Shown here piece by piece: positions 49,096 through 63,489 of a stretch of 64,000 nt of DNA (positions are counted from its first letter, which is position 1; each line of letters starts with the position of its first letter). The notes below the pieces were generated by a model. It was not told where the DNA came from. It saw only the letters and a program-made list of their open reading frames with translations, and searched no databases. Location: the NCBI RefSeq assembly GCF_037042905.1, contig NC_087251.1:11596001-11660000 (forward strand). Reading direction: 5' to 3'. The DNA comes from Lytechinus pictus (Eukaryota). The translations under genes were made by a program, and so were the position numbers.

Positions 49096-50802
49096 GTGAG
49101 TCTATCTGGTTATTTCACCATAATTTTTATAAAGGTTTTTTTTGTGGTGGGTCGTCAAGCTCATATGCCAATCGAAAAAGGATACTCCAGGCTGAAAATA
49201 ATAGGATTTGTACAGATTTATAGAGTAAAATCAGACAAACACAATGTACTGGAAATTTCACCATTAAAAATCGGACAAGCAATAACAGTTACAATATTGT
49301 AAGTTTTGCATTATTTTGATGAATATGCGATAAGCAAGCTGATGATGTTATATCCCATTCTTTTTTTATTATACTATATTAAATTATATTTATTCAATTT
49401 TTTCCCTCCAAGAATGAAAAAAAAATAGATTGACTACTGATTTAGTATGTAAAATTATTGCTGCTGCAACTTACATTTCCTTTTTTTTAAAGTGAGACAC
49501 ACATGTGTGAAAATATGAAATAATTATGATTTATTGTTATAACACAAGAAAATGGATTGTAGGAACATGACATCATCAGTGCAATGACGGCATGCTTATA
49601 ACTATTTTAACAAAATATTGTTAAACTCATTAACCTTGTTATAATATCAGATTTTGATGAAATTTTCAGCATTTTGCTCAGTCAATTTTACACTTTTTAT
49701 TTAGATAAAGACTGTAGTCATTATCAGCCTGGAGTACCTCTTAAAATAAATGAAAAATCTTGAATTATATCTGATAGAATGCACCATTTATTCCAAAATT
49801 TTCAGATGATACATGTACATTTCAAACCTTAAACTTATGAAATCAAGCCATGGGGTTACTCAATTTTCTTGCTTGAAATTTGTTCAGATGTTGTGATATT
49901 ATCCTGTTGTAAGGCCGCCATATTTGAAGTTACAAGTTCACACCTTGCCTCGAGATAATGCTTTACATATAGCTTTAAGTGCCATCTTGTGAATGGGGAA
50001 CTTCCCATTTAATGATATAAAGACTTTATACATAAAAATATGTAGAAGGAGGTTCTTATACCAAGAAAGTAGCATACTTCAAAGTTTAAACTAAAATAAT
50101 TCTCAAAGGTATAATTTTGAGTAGTCTTTGCCTTGTTTGCAGCTTGTCTTTGTGTAAGGGAACCATAGTATTTTATACTGGTACAGCGTTTCTTTTATTT
50201 TATAGCTTATTACTGGCTTTTCTGCATGTAGGTGTGAGTGGGTGGTTTGGAGAAATTGCAGTATTAAAATAGATTCAATTTCATCGTTCACTCTCAAAAC
50301 AACAAACAATTCATAGAAAGGGGGTGTTATTCGTACCAGCACATGTATGTCCTGGTAGAAATATTTGGCTCTGATTTTACAAATTCCATTCCCATAAATG
50401 AAAATTGTTATGTACTTGAAATGGTACCAAATTTCCATCATAGTCACAACTCAAAAGGGTAATTTTCTGTGTCAATAGCCAAAAATAGGAGAATCGATAT
50501 TGAGCATCATTGGTATTTTCTGAAATGTAAAATAAACTTTCATCCGACAACAATGTAAAACTACATGTAGGTGTGATCTATTGAAATTGATTTGAAATTT
50601 TCACTTTTAGTTTGAGGCAGAGATGAAAAAGATTATTATTTTGGTCTAAATGGGAAGTCATAATATTCTTATTATACATCTGGTGTTGAAAATAATAAGC
50701 ATTTAATGTGCATGTTTTGTCCAATATCAGAAATGGGTGGAGTGATCTACCACAGACCAATTGTCCTTGTTTCATGTTTGCATTAGACAGAGTATTACTT
50801 TA

Positions 50803-52549
50803 AAGCCAGAGTCATATCGATTATTTTGAAAACCGGTGTTCGACAGCTTTAATTCGATCGAACATCGATGCATCGAATTTTGAAGGCGCGGCAGGAAAAT
50901 CAAGTCAATTCTTTTTTGCTCCGGCAGTCGCGTCGCTGCGCTATGAGTGTTGCACAAGCAGATTACAAAGCAAAGTTTGTTTGTATTTTTCATGATCTCA
51001 AAACACAAAAAAAGCCGGGGACCAATGCAGAATTCTTCCCAAAATATCATCAACAATGATATTTGCAGATGACAACATATAAGTTTCAAATGAAACAATA
51101 TCAAAGACATGAATCACGCAGAGTCGATCCGAACGATTTTCGGTCAACTAGCATTCGCAGTCCAGACTCGCACACACCAGCCCCGCCCGCAGCGCCGTAC
51201 ACTCACTCTCCCAAAACGACAGGCGTGCTTGCATGATGCCAGCGCCAGCAAACAAAGTGCAACCAGCGGTAGCACTGTAACTTGCCTGAGATTGTGTATA
51301 GTTGGATCCAAAATGAGCTCCAAATTGATGGGAATAAATACGTAATGTTCTCTGGATGGTCATTTGAATTGGTATTCAATGCTGATATAACGATTGTGAG
51401 GAAAGATTGTGGAATATGAGTTATGACGATGTTCGAGAATTAATCCTGATATGATAATCCACTTTTTTAATATTTTAGACACAAGACAAGAGCATGCGAT
51501 CGAAATAAATATGAATGTCTTGGATCGAGCTCTAAATTCATATAAATTATTATTGGATGTTAAATAATTACGCTTTAATAAGATTTTATGGCCATACTAA
51601 AAATATTGACGATGTCAGCAAAGTATGTCATGTTCATTAATAGTATTACATGTATACTGGCATTTTTATTTTTATTCCATCTCTGGCCTGGACGTCTCCG
51701 GAGCTAGCTCCGAGAAAAAGAAGCACAATGCGCATGCGCGTTCGTTGACGTAGGTAATATTTTCCATTCATGAAATCAGAGCCCAAAGTTGGGCACAAAC
51801 TAGCTTCAAATTGATGGAAAAAATATCAAACGCAATTTTCTCTGTTTTGTCATGTAAAATGTTATTATATGGTGATATTACGATCTTGAAAAGAGTTTCT
51901 GCATGTTGACAATTTGTTCGAGAATCAATCCTGATCTGACGTGATAATTTTTTTTTAGACAAGTGCACTCACTCAAGGTGATCGTCATGTGATGTCCGTC
52001 ATTGAAAATTGAAACAAAATACAAACGTTTCACATCAAGCTCTAAATTCATATTGATGATTATCATATGCAAATTATTGTTAAATAAATTACGATTAAAT
52101 AATGTTCTATGGTCATGATATTAATATTGTTCATGATAGCAAGGTTTATTTTACGTTGATCACATCAATTTTCTGGTTTGATTAAAGCACAGTACTGTGC
52201 ATGCGCTTCACAATCGATGACTTCCTCCATTCATGAATTCATCGTGCATAAATTATTTCGGCACAAGCAGACGAGTAAGACTCGAACTATGATCGAAATA
52301 AACTTCAAATTAATGGTGAATAGGCATCATTATTACACAATCGGTTTCATTTTGGGGGGAATATGAATCAAGTAAGTAGTAGTCAAGTTGGACATTACCG
52401 TTTATTTTTATGATTGATTGTGTGAACTTAACGAATCGGCGGCTGACGTATATATATTTTTTTTTGATGCACCGATTTTGCAAAAGTTGCACCGGCGCTC
52501 GATGACATCGATCGAATACCGATTTTAAAATCGATTCGACTCAGGCTTA
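50803..52549. mobile_element. Non-autonomous Mutator-like (MULE) element
   Basis: Imperfect TIR AAGCC.GAGTC..ATCGATT...AAAA.CGGT.TTCGA; flanking 9-10 bp duplication ATTACTTTA(A) (from 50794 and 52550). Confidence 0.7.
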
Positions 52550-52596
52550 ATTACTTTAACACAATATTCTGTGCATCTTTCAAGATAATGATTTTA

Positions 52597-52987
52597 TACC
52601 CCTTTCATAAACCCAATAAAACACAATTATGCGGCTAATAGCAGCATAATTTGGTCGTAAAATCAGAGGAGGACAAGAGTTATCCGCATTATTCTGATGC
52701 TGCTATTATCCGCATAATAGCGGCATCGGGACAAGATTTTGAGTTTATGAACGTATTTCCAAATAATGCGGATAATTGCCATGGTGCGGTCACAAGGTCA
52801 CCCTTTTCCAACACAACCGCATTGGAGGGGGCGTGTCCAGTTGTCATGACGATTATCCGCCTTTTTCAGGACGGGCGCTCGTAAAAATAATTTATGGAGT
52901 TTGTGAACGCAATTTTTATTGAATTATCCGCATTACTCTTAGGCGGCTAATTGGAGGATATGTTTTATTGGGTTTATGAAAGGGGTA
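52597..52987. mobile_element. Harbinger-type MITE
   Basis: 27-bp perfect TIR TACCCCTTTCATAAACCCAATAAAACA; TSD TTA; internal ATTATCCGC repeats. Confidence 0.85.
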
Positions 52988-55900
52988 TTAGGTTTACATG
53001 TAGGTATTCATGAAATGCAGGGCTCCATAAAAACCTGTGAAATTACAGTCAATACTTTGCTTTTCTTTGGTCAAATTATCATCAGAGAAATAATCTTACA
53101 CAAGTACTGAGTTAGATCACAAAATCTAGTGATAATAACATCTATCTGTTTGTGTGACACCATTCTTGTGGAATCTGGATTGATTGTGCACATCAGGCTG
53201 TTTATTATTTCAAGCTAGTTTTGAAACAGATGAACTATCGGATTGAGTAATTCAATTATTCCTCAGATAGTTGTGTGAACTTACATTGCACCCTAAAAGG
53301 AGAGATTCCCCTAATACTGGAACAAAAAAGGATGTAAGATTAGTTTCGATAGTAACTGTGCTTTGTGCAGATCGCGGGATCTATCATGAGTTATTGTTTC
53401 CTATTTTTATTTTGTTATTCACGTAGAAGGATTGAGAGTGAGTGAGTCGAAAACATCCTGCCGGATCTTGTTGGATCCAGTATCGGCAGGTTTTTATATT
53501 TCCCCTTTAAAGGAGGTGTAACAACCTCAAGTGAGAGTTACTATATAGTACATGTGTAGGCTACTTGTTGCTCATTATTTACTGTATGTATATTGATATG
53601 TATACATGTATATTCTTTTTTTTTCCAGTATCTGTGTGATTTGAAAAAAAATGTTTGTTTATCGGTTTATTTTATTTTGTTATTGGTGATTTAAATTGGT
53701 TATGATTACTTTTCAATTCAAAATCTCAACTTTAGATCTACACAACATTCTCGCCAGGTTCATTCTGACACTTGGCGGCGCAAAGTGACGCAGGCCGTGC
53801 AGCGGCCTCGGTGCGTGCGATGCGCGGTAGCTATCGAAAATATCAATATCGACGAGCTTAGATTGCTGCTAAATGCACCACATTTTATGTCTATTTAATG
53901 CTTCTCCGGCCACACAGCCGTAATGGTTGCGCGAATTGCGATTGAAGCAGAAAGGCAAGTACTGATAACTTCAAAAAGGTCAAAGGAAATGATTTAAATT
54001 CAATCTCATTTTATATTTACAGTTTATAGATTTGTTCACATCGATGACATCGATAAATTTACTCAATACTTTCCAATGTCTAGATCGCTACATCCTGAGA
54101 AAGTGCGATTAATTTTGTGAATGCGTGTTGCTTCTTATGTCAATGACCGACTACATCTACGGACCGTATGCGTAGTAGCCCTTTGAGCTTGCGCCGCGCC
54201 ACGCCCTTACTAAATCCAAAGATTGTTCCGACTTTATGTGGAAGCCTCAGAAGTTTTCTTCCGAGGCTTCCAAATAATGGGCTTTGGTATTCATGAGACT
54301 GGGTCCCCAACTTATATAATTTGCATGTTTGTTTGTTTTGTTTTCAGATACTCACTGAAACTATAACTCTCATAAGACTTCTGTTGATGATGTTTATACT
54401 AATAATATCCAATCAAGATTCGTTTATCACTGTCAATTATTGCTATGTTCATTTGTATTGTTCTTTACTCACCTATAAAATAATGGATGTGCTCATCACG
54501 AGAGTGATCTTTTAGTCATTCATAATACTTTAATAATATTACGATTTTGTAGCTTATAGCTTAATTGACAGGAAAGCAGATTTCTATTTTTAAATAATAC
54601 ACTATGTAGGCCTACAAATACAGCATGTGTGAAAGAGAGAGGAAGAGGGGAGGTTGTAGGATGGGAGGGAGCGAAAGGATGGGAGGGAGCGAAAGGGGAG
54701 GGATCGTGGCGTGGACAATGACAAAGGGATGTTGAGATCGTGTGTGTGGGATTGGTGAAGAAGTCAATATTCGAAGCGAATACATATTTATAAACGTGAT
54801 GACGGCTGAATAATCTTTCTTTACATGTATATTTTGGCAATTTTAAATTTTAAAAATATTTTCTTGCACCATGAGTGGGAAGATCGAGGTACGTGATTCA
54901 ATAAATTGCATCAGTTTTAAAGGTACAGAAATTCACGAACAGATTATTAAAAAAAAAAAAAAAAGAGTCAGAAAGATCTTCTTAATTTTATAGCCCCATC
55001 CAGTGTAAACAACATGAAGAATATTTGAGGTCACGAAATCAGCTGATTCGCATTCAAACAACAGGTTAACAGGTCACGCACATGGCACACATTCCAAGGG
55101 TGGGAATTCGGGGAAACCCGTTTTCAAGCACAATGATTGGCTCAACCCAGAAAGTGAATACTAATTAGATCACGTGCCATCGGCTTTGGGGCGTCTCGTT
55201 CACATTCTAACTCATTTCATGAATATCATCCACTCGCGGTAATTAGGCTAACGACATTGTAAAGATAACTCCATATAAAGCACAATTCCGATATAAAACA
55301 TATAAAGTCATAAGTGAAATTGAAAATTTCACCCAACGATATTCAAATTATACTAGCAACTCATGTGGGCGTGAACAAACGAAATACATATCCTCTAAAA
55401 CGTTCACACATATCAACTTCAATAATTCGTACGTGAAATGAATATCTGTGAATGAATTGTCAATTCCACTTTGTTGAATGTGTACTTCTATCGAAATCTA
55501 TTGAATCACGTACCCCTCCTGAGTAATAAAGAACAATACAAATGAAAATACACTGTACGTATAACTCACATTAAAAAATGAGTCGTAATATGATAAGTGT
55601 GAATAAATAAAGATTATTACTTACGAAAATTATAACAGATTCAATGAATATCTGAAAATTAAAAAAAACATTCAAATTAAATCAGTTTTGGATCCCATCT
55701 AATTTTGGAAGACTCGGATCCCTGCGGATCAAGGATTTTGATGCCATGTGCGATTTGTATTCTGTATGTGGCCGTGGCGAGCGCGAGTTCAGTGACACAG
55801 AACTTGGTAGACACACCGTCGCGAAATTAATCAACACTTTCAAAAGATCGATGTAGAGATCAAGACTTTGGAAATTATGGAGTAAAATTGGAATATAAAT

Positions 55901-56289
55901 GTGAATAAATCATTTTGCTTTAAGTAAATGAATTGGACATTATATCAATCCATTCATTTGGCTTTGTCATTATTAACATGATCTTTGAATAATTTTCTCA
56001 ATTCGCTCTACGGCAGTGTCATCAGAAATGCATTCAATGAATTCGTGTAGATGTAGCTTTATAAGGCTGGGACTAGATGAAACTAAATTTCGATCGAATT
56101 TTTATATTATTTTTGACACACTTTACTTTTGACAAAATAAGTGACATGACAATATTAACTGAAATTCGTAACATCTAGATTACATTGCCCAACCCAGTAA
56201 CCCACGGTACCCCTCTCTCCTCACTTTATTTTTGAGCGTATTTACTACCATTTTAAAGACGTAAATAATTTGAGCAATGCGATACGCAA

Positions 56290-56640
56290 ATGCAAGGTAA
56301 ACATCTTCGCGCTTCCGGAAGAGAGAGTTAAATTGGGCCTCGAGTCGAGGTCGTATCGTATATAGCATAGTAGTGAGTGAGTCAAAGAAATCCCGGGAAG
56401 AAATCGTGGACGAAATAATCGACAAGTTTATTTTAGGATCTGAAAAGCAGATTGTTTTTTTTTAAATATATTATTCAGTTTTTTGTGTAGATCTAGGCCT
56501 GTTTTACAGTTGTCGGCCACGGTTTTCGGGGAAGTTCGCGGTTGGCGGATTTGCCCTGAAAATTTTCAGGGTAGTCAGCGCCCGCCAACCGTGACGCGTG
56601 GTAGCGAGAACGTTGGATCTAGAGGAGTATGGTAGTGGCC
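56290..56640 (+). promoter_or_regulatory. Candidate CpG-rich promoter region
   Basis: Local CpG enrichment; ETS-type CTTCCGGAAG (~56312) and CCGGGAAG; GTGACGCG. Confidence 0.3.
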
Positions 56641-57509
56641 TATAACATCTTATAGGCTAGTTTTAGTAACATTCTAGCCAAATGAATTTTCAAAGAATCA
56701 ATTAAAATGTAATAATCAACTTTTTACACATTGTAAATGAATATTGCACCAAGTAATTTTCATAGTAAAATGAGTAAGTACGGTAATCAGCAAATACATG
56801 TAAGGAAAGCATTCTGTCACTTGAACTGGTAATTTTCATGCATCACCAATGTTTGTCTGTGTTGGCAAGTTTCTATGTTGTCAGGTATTCAGCTCGGTTT
56901 CATTATTTCAGAATATTTGGTCTGCTTAAACTATTTCAGAACTTAAAGTTGAATGTGACCCTGTAAAAGAAAATTATTTTCATGATGACTAGAGTTTGAA
57001 TTTTAATAATACTTTTAGTTTTATTATTAAGTTAGACAGCGAGCCTGTCATAAACATTTGAAGAATGAAAGCAAAGATTTTTTTTTCATTCTACATTAAT
57101 GGAAAGATTTTGTAAACTTCTTTGATAGAAAATTAGCATACTTATACCAAGTATTATGGTGTGGTGTTTCCAGACATACTATATACCGGTAACATTTAGC
57201 CAAAATGTAGGCAGTGTAAAGGGATTAAAGTACAAAAGATTTAGAGATTGCTGTTCTGAGAATGATAGGATCTGAGGAAGATATGGAATGGATGAAATCT
57301 CAAATCCAGTTTGAAATAAATAATGCATGGAAACAGTTAAGGGAGCCGACAAGCTACTCACAATTGATGATACAGGAGATCATTTTCTAGCTCTTGCAAA
57401 TATCAGATCACTTATTCTTTCAATGGTATTGAAACAGCTTTGACAAGTTTGATAAAGGAAATCATAAAATTGTCTCTGCATTGATAGAGTATGAACAGTT
57501 CCCTATATT

Positions 57510-58250
57510 TTTTAGGAAAGGTGGAGAAGGAGGAGATATGAGGAGGGGAGTAGTGAAAAGACGGAGAATGTGGAAAATCAACAAAAGGGGAGGGGATGGG
57601 AGGAGGAGGAAAGAAAGAAAAAACTTGGGGAATGAGGAGCAGGAGAAGATAGAATAGAAGAACTTGCAAGGGATGAAGAAAAATTGTACCGGTAGTTGTA
57701 GGAAAAATGGAGAATTAATAAGACATGAAATGGAGGTTAAAGGAGGAGGGTGGTCAGAAAATGGAGAGTGGGAGGATGGTAGGAAGAAGAGTATGGAAGA
57801 GAAATAAAAGAGGAAGGAGACTGGACTAGGTTTGGGAAAAAATAACAATTAATGAAGAAATATCAGTTAGTGAGAAAAATCACAGATTAAGTTTGGTAGG
57901 AAAATGGAAAATAAAAAGAGATTAAAGTTATCTAGTATTTGTAATTGTAAACTGCACACAGAATCTAATGTTTATGAAAACAGGTCATGGAAAGCAACTC
58001 ATATATTTGGAAAATTAATAAGAGGAGGAATAGAAATAAGGGAGAGAAGGTGGATGTTTTTGGAATGGGGACGTAGGAGGATGGGATTAGGATTGGGAAA
58101 CAGAATGGAGAGTGAAGAAATGTCAATTAGTGAGGAAATAATCAGATTGGGGAAGAGGAGTAAATTTTGGTAGGAAAATGGAAAATGAAAACAAGATGAG
58201 ATCAAAGTTATAATTTAGTCCATATTTGAAAACAGGACATGGAATCTAAC
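57510..58250. repeat. Purine-rich degenerate repeat with an internal duplicated block
   Basis: GGA/GAA-rich; TTTGGTAGGAAAATGGAAAAT...AAAACAGG occurs near 57892 and again near 58167. Confidence 0.6.
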
Positions 58251-59839
58251 TTGAGTATTTTAGAATTCCAGGAAGAAATTTTGAATGAAGTAAAAAGCTA
58301 GACTGAAATAATCGAAAAATGTTTACTGATATGTTTGGCATTGATCTTCATTACATTTGAATATTGATTTTTTTTGTTGTTGTAATTTTTAGTTTGAACC
58401 TCATTTAAAAATGTGATGTAGTAGTAAAACTACTTTTGTATACAATTAAAAGAGTATACAAGTGTTGATAAAACTGACGAGTTAAAAAGGACATATGATT
58501 ATTAAAACGATTTTAATTCTAGATTATATGTAACACTTTGACAACTGCCATGGGATGATTACTTGTACATGCATTTCTATTGTAATTACTTATGCTCTGT
58601 AAAAGTTGTTCCCTTATGGTAAACATAGTTCTCAAATCGCATGACCTTTACAGTCGCATTTCTTGGCAATACCACACCAGAAATCAAACTTTTCAAAGAT
58701 TTCATATTTTCAGAATTCATACTTTGTTGACAGCAGTGTGTGTGTGTGGGGGGTGTACGTGTGTACGTACTAAAATGTAGTTACCAAAACTAATCGCAAA
58801 TATAGTGGCATATTGTACACTAATTGTACACAACTACACACAAGTCATCTTTTTATTTTACACAGAGACCCCAAATTGGAGCAAATATATATAACTTATT
58901 TATAAGCTTGTTACTTCCACTTGCAAACTGCAAAAAAAAAAAAAGAGCAAAATAGAGATACATGCACATGTACATGGATCTGAAGGGGGAAATTGAGAGT
59001 GGAATTGTAGTAAAACAAGCTTGGCTCACGTTGACAACAAGAATCAAATGAAAGTGGTTTGCAAATGACAAGAAGGTTCATTTACTGAAATCCGAGGCAA
59101 GCCGATTGGCGGAGTAAACAACTTGATTTCTTTTCCGCTGTACCCCTCTGCAGTGAGTCGCAGGGGCTACGTTTAAAGATGGAATCCTGGTAATAGGTTA
59201 GACTTTGAATCTACTTCATTTCCTTGGTAATTACAGAGGCCAGTGTAGATTGGACTGCTGGATTGATTTACCTGTGATCTGTGTGATTGACACATGTGCC
59301 TCTTGTTTCACTACAGCAGGGTAAAGGCACTGTCACACATATTCATCTAATGATACATGCTTTGAATCAAGCGCATACATTTAAATTTGACTTCTCATAA
59401 ATGGTAAATTCATTGTTCAGCTTCTTTATTAACATTAACATCCAGGGAGTGTACTAATGAGATATGCTTGATATGAATGATTGTTACTCTTTGTATATAA
59501 ATGTAGTTTGCCAAAGACTTACAGTTAATGCTTTAATTCTACAATCAATTGTATCTGTTTTAATACAGGGCCGTACATGTAGTCTTATAGATGTTGATAG
59601 ACTGCTAGCACTTAAAAATCTTTTTTCACCTTGAATTTGGAACAAGTCGAATGTCATCACTATTGTTAGATAATAATAATTATCCAAGTTTATTAAGCAA
59701 TGTACACTAGAATGAAACCTTAATAATACAGGCCTAATATTGCCCCAGTAATTGGATTGTGGCTTGCCCATATACATGTATGGCAGTATGTGTCAAGGCA
59801 TTGAGATTCATGTAATTACTGATGTGTTTACATCCTAAC

Positions 59840-60017
59840 CAGGGGCGGATCCAGGATTTTTCAAAAGGGGGGCGGCACATTTTCCATTTTCCTGAGGACA
59901 ATCAGGCACACTTGTGTAAAAACGGCATATTTACATGTACATTAAAAAATTGTATAATGGCTCTCGAAAGGTGGGAGGGCACGGGTCAGATGTGCCACCC
60001 CCTTGGATCCGCCACTG
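59840..60017. mobile_element. Short hAT-like MITE
   Basis: TIR CAG(G/T)GGCGGATCCA.G; degenerate 8-bp flanks ATCCTAAC and ATCCATAC. Confidence 0.7.
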
Positions 60018-62263
60018 ATCCATACAAATTTGAATGCTTTCTGTTTTACATGTGCAGTATTATTAGAAGAACACACGAATTTGAAATATAAAATCATGGC
60101 AATGAAGGAAGTTAAAGTGAAAGTCTTGCATACTATATACAGTATACACATTCTCATGCTTCCACCTGCTGTAAATTGCTATTGGGGACATTACATGTAT
60201 TTTTTATCAGGGTGTCTGTCCCTCCCATATTCATTCCTGCAATTACTATAAGAACCGTTTGACAAATCAACTATTTTGGCCACAAGTCAAAGGTCATAGA
60301 GGTCATTATTTAAAAATGCTGGAAGTTACATGTAAGTATGTAGGCCTATTATGTTTTTGATCTAGCAGTTGCAAATGGATAAATTTTAACTGTATTTTAA
60401 GAGAATCCATCTAGTTTGAACTTGTTTCTCTTATAACTTGTGTTTGCAATAATCACATTGTTGGAGACGATTCGTAAATAAAGTAGGCCTATAGTTGATA
60501 CATGTACTTGTACTCTAGGGTATTGTGAGGTCTGAAAAATTATTCTTATTTACATACTGACAGGGCATGTGTGAACTTGTGCATTCACATTATTTTGGAC
60601 AATTTCTATTATGGTACTTCAAATTATTTTTTCACTGACTCGCGGTAAAATGGTTCATTTTACCCCGATCCTGTCCAATCTGAAAGTTTGTCATATCGGC
60701 ATAGTGGAATAGGGGCTTAGGTCTTTCAATCTCCCTGCAGCAGGGAGGTTGGTGTTTACATGTATAATAAACTGCATACATCCAGATCTAGACTATATGT
60801 CAATTTGTGTTTGCCCCCAACCTACCAGGAGGCCTATACCATCTTTATCACTATATTTTAGGAATTTTGAGATATTCATTCTTCCAGTATGTTGATATTT
60901 TTTTAACTTCCCCTTTCATGTTAGGTTTCCATAATTTCTTTATTTCAGTTTCCTTTTCCCCCAATTTGAACAAACAGCCTTGATCATGGTTTTAAAGTTA
61001 TCACTACATGTATTTTCCGTCTTGTGATAAGTGAACAGGTGTCTTTTCAAATTTATCCAGGATAGATTTGTATTTTGAATGTGATCCAACAAAATTTAAT
61101 CTAAAGGCTACTTCACCCACTTGTATACCTGACTCATGCAAATTGTGTGCTCAGAAAAGAAAATTAGGGGGAGTGGGAAGTGTGTACATTTGTATTGGGG
61201 GTTTTATGAGAGAATCCTAGTAGAGGAAAGGCACCTACACACTTCAGCATAGCCTTGATAGTAGAGTAAATCCGTCATCCCTTTCTTTTAAAGGAAGCTG
61301 TGAACAACATTTGCTTGTTTTTCTCATAAGATAGTCACATTCCTTACCTGTTTTGTTGGCAATCAGAAAATAAAAGTGAAACTAGAGTTTGCCTAGCATC
61401 TGTAAACAAATTATGTTTTAGCATCCACCATAGTTGTCTGTGCTCTACTTCAAAAGGTCCGGCTTTGGAGTTTCGAAACTAAAGCCCAGGAATTCAAAGT
61501 ATCAATTGAATTTCTATATTTTTGTCTCTCCCGGAACTGTCTTTTTAATTGATATCTTGGCATCCAGTGTTGAGCTCAGGCATGCACGTTGTGTTCAGCT
61601 GAAATTTTTAATCTGGAATCACAAATATGAATGTGGAATAAAGAACACAAACATCAGTATGGCTTAGCCTAAATTTAAGCGGTGTTTCATCAAGACTAAT
61701 TTTCCATGTTTCAAAACCATCTACCAAACTCTGGAAAGGTTGAATTGAGTGTAGGCCTACACATTGCATGTGTTTGAACAGAAGAAGGTGCGTTGTAGAA
61801 TCACGATTGAGACCCCCATTGCAATCAAAATGATTTATACATTTGTAGTATTACAGAAATGTCTTTCAAACTGTACCTTTTACATAGTACATGTGCATTT
61901 CAAAAGAAATTTGTTTTTATGATGGACAGAAGTTCAATTAAATGCAACCTAGTGAACATGGAAAACCATGATTCTAGCCCTAATATAAAAAAAAGATTAA
62001 AATTAAATGCTACCTATGTACATCACACATTGCAGGAATATATTTTTTGGGGAAATTTTCTGTTATCAAAATGAAAATGTTTTTAATGTTATTATTTATG
62101 GATTAAAGGTTGGTACTTCCTACTTTTATTGCAAAACAGGATAAAATTTCCTCCTTGGCCTACAATTTGATGACTCATTGCTCTAGAAAACAAGCTATTT
62201 TGGGTTGTCGTTTGGTATTTACCCTTCATCCAAACTAACATTGTACTGTAAGTTTCTTGTTAA

Positions 62264-62847
62264 AGGAGAATGAAACCCTTGAAACCAGCTGAATCCATAT
62301 CAAAGAGAAAAATCAAAGAAACATATTGTTGAAAGTTTGAGGAAGATTGAATGAATAATAAGAAAGTTATGAGAATTTGAATATTGAGATCACTAATGCC
62401 ATGTAGATCCTCTCATTGGCAATGCGACCAAGATCTGTGATGTCACACACGTACAACTCCCTCATTGCTTTAGTACTTATTTCACTTATATTCTCACTTT
62501 TATAGAATCTATCACAAGGTGAGGTGTTCTCTTTATGAGAGGACAAGTACAGAGGTTTCACAACATTATATCATTGATGAATCGTTTGTCATATGATTAG
62601 AATGAGCAAAAAGAGATGTTTAGGGGTATATTTTCAGTGTCCAAAAGGGGAGAGTTGTTCATCTGTGATATCATAGATCTTGGTTGCGTTGCCAATGGGA
62701 GGATCTCCATAGCATTAGTGATCTCGACATTCAAATGCTCATAACTCTTCTATTGCTAGTCCTATTTTACTCAAAATTTTGTTGATCTTATTCTTTGATT
62801 TTTCTGCTTTCACAAAAGCTAACTTGCTCCAAGAGTTTCATTCTCCT
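62264..62847. mobile_element. Kolobok-like MITE, copy 2
   Basis: Same TIR and TTAA TSD; near-identical to 6850-7432. Confidence 0.85.
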
Positions 62848-63272
62848 TTAAGGTATTAATTGGTCTTGGTAATAGGGGATTAGTGTAACATACACATAAC
62901 TGATGGATTGAAGCTTTTTAGGGAGATGATAGTATAGGTGTACTTGTCTCACAGACAAATTTCTGGAAGGGAGAAATACAAATGAAAATATGAATAATTA
63001 TGGTGTTAGCCTGTGATGTTGAAAGACTTTAAAGGTTAATTCCATCCTAACAGCAAGTAGATCTGAATAAAAGGAAAAAAGTGTATCACTGAAAATAACT
63101 TCGAAGTCAAATTTGAAATTTTGGAGAAAGCTAGTTTTTTTAGTATATTACTGTTTGTGCCATGATAGTGATATATGCAAATGAGAGAGTCAGTGATGTC
63201 ACTCACTCTTTCATATAATTAATTGTTTGAGTTGTACTGTACAATATTTAAATTTTTGCAGATTTCTTAATA

Positions 63273-63489
63273 CACAGTAAAAAAAATAGCACGTTGTTTA
63301 AGCCTGTCACTCTAACAACAGGTTGTTTAAACTGTTTTGTAATTGTTTAAACTTTTTAAACAACTTGTTTAAAAAAATTAAACAGCTGTTTAAAAAGTCT
63401 AAACATTTGTTTAAAAAGTTTAAACAGTAGTTGTTAGAGTGACAGGCTTAAACAAAATGCTTAAAATTTTAAACAGCGTTTTTACAGTG
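63273..63489. mobile_element. CACTA/EnSpm-like palindromic MITE nested in a Kolobok-like MITE
   Basis: Ends CAC(A/T)GTAAAAA; 2-bp TA flanks; internal inverted arms AAGCCTGTCACTCTAACAAC and TTTAAAC repeats. Confidence 0.75.
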
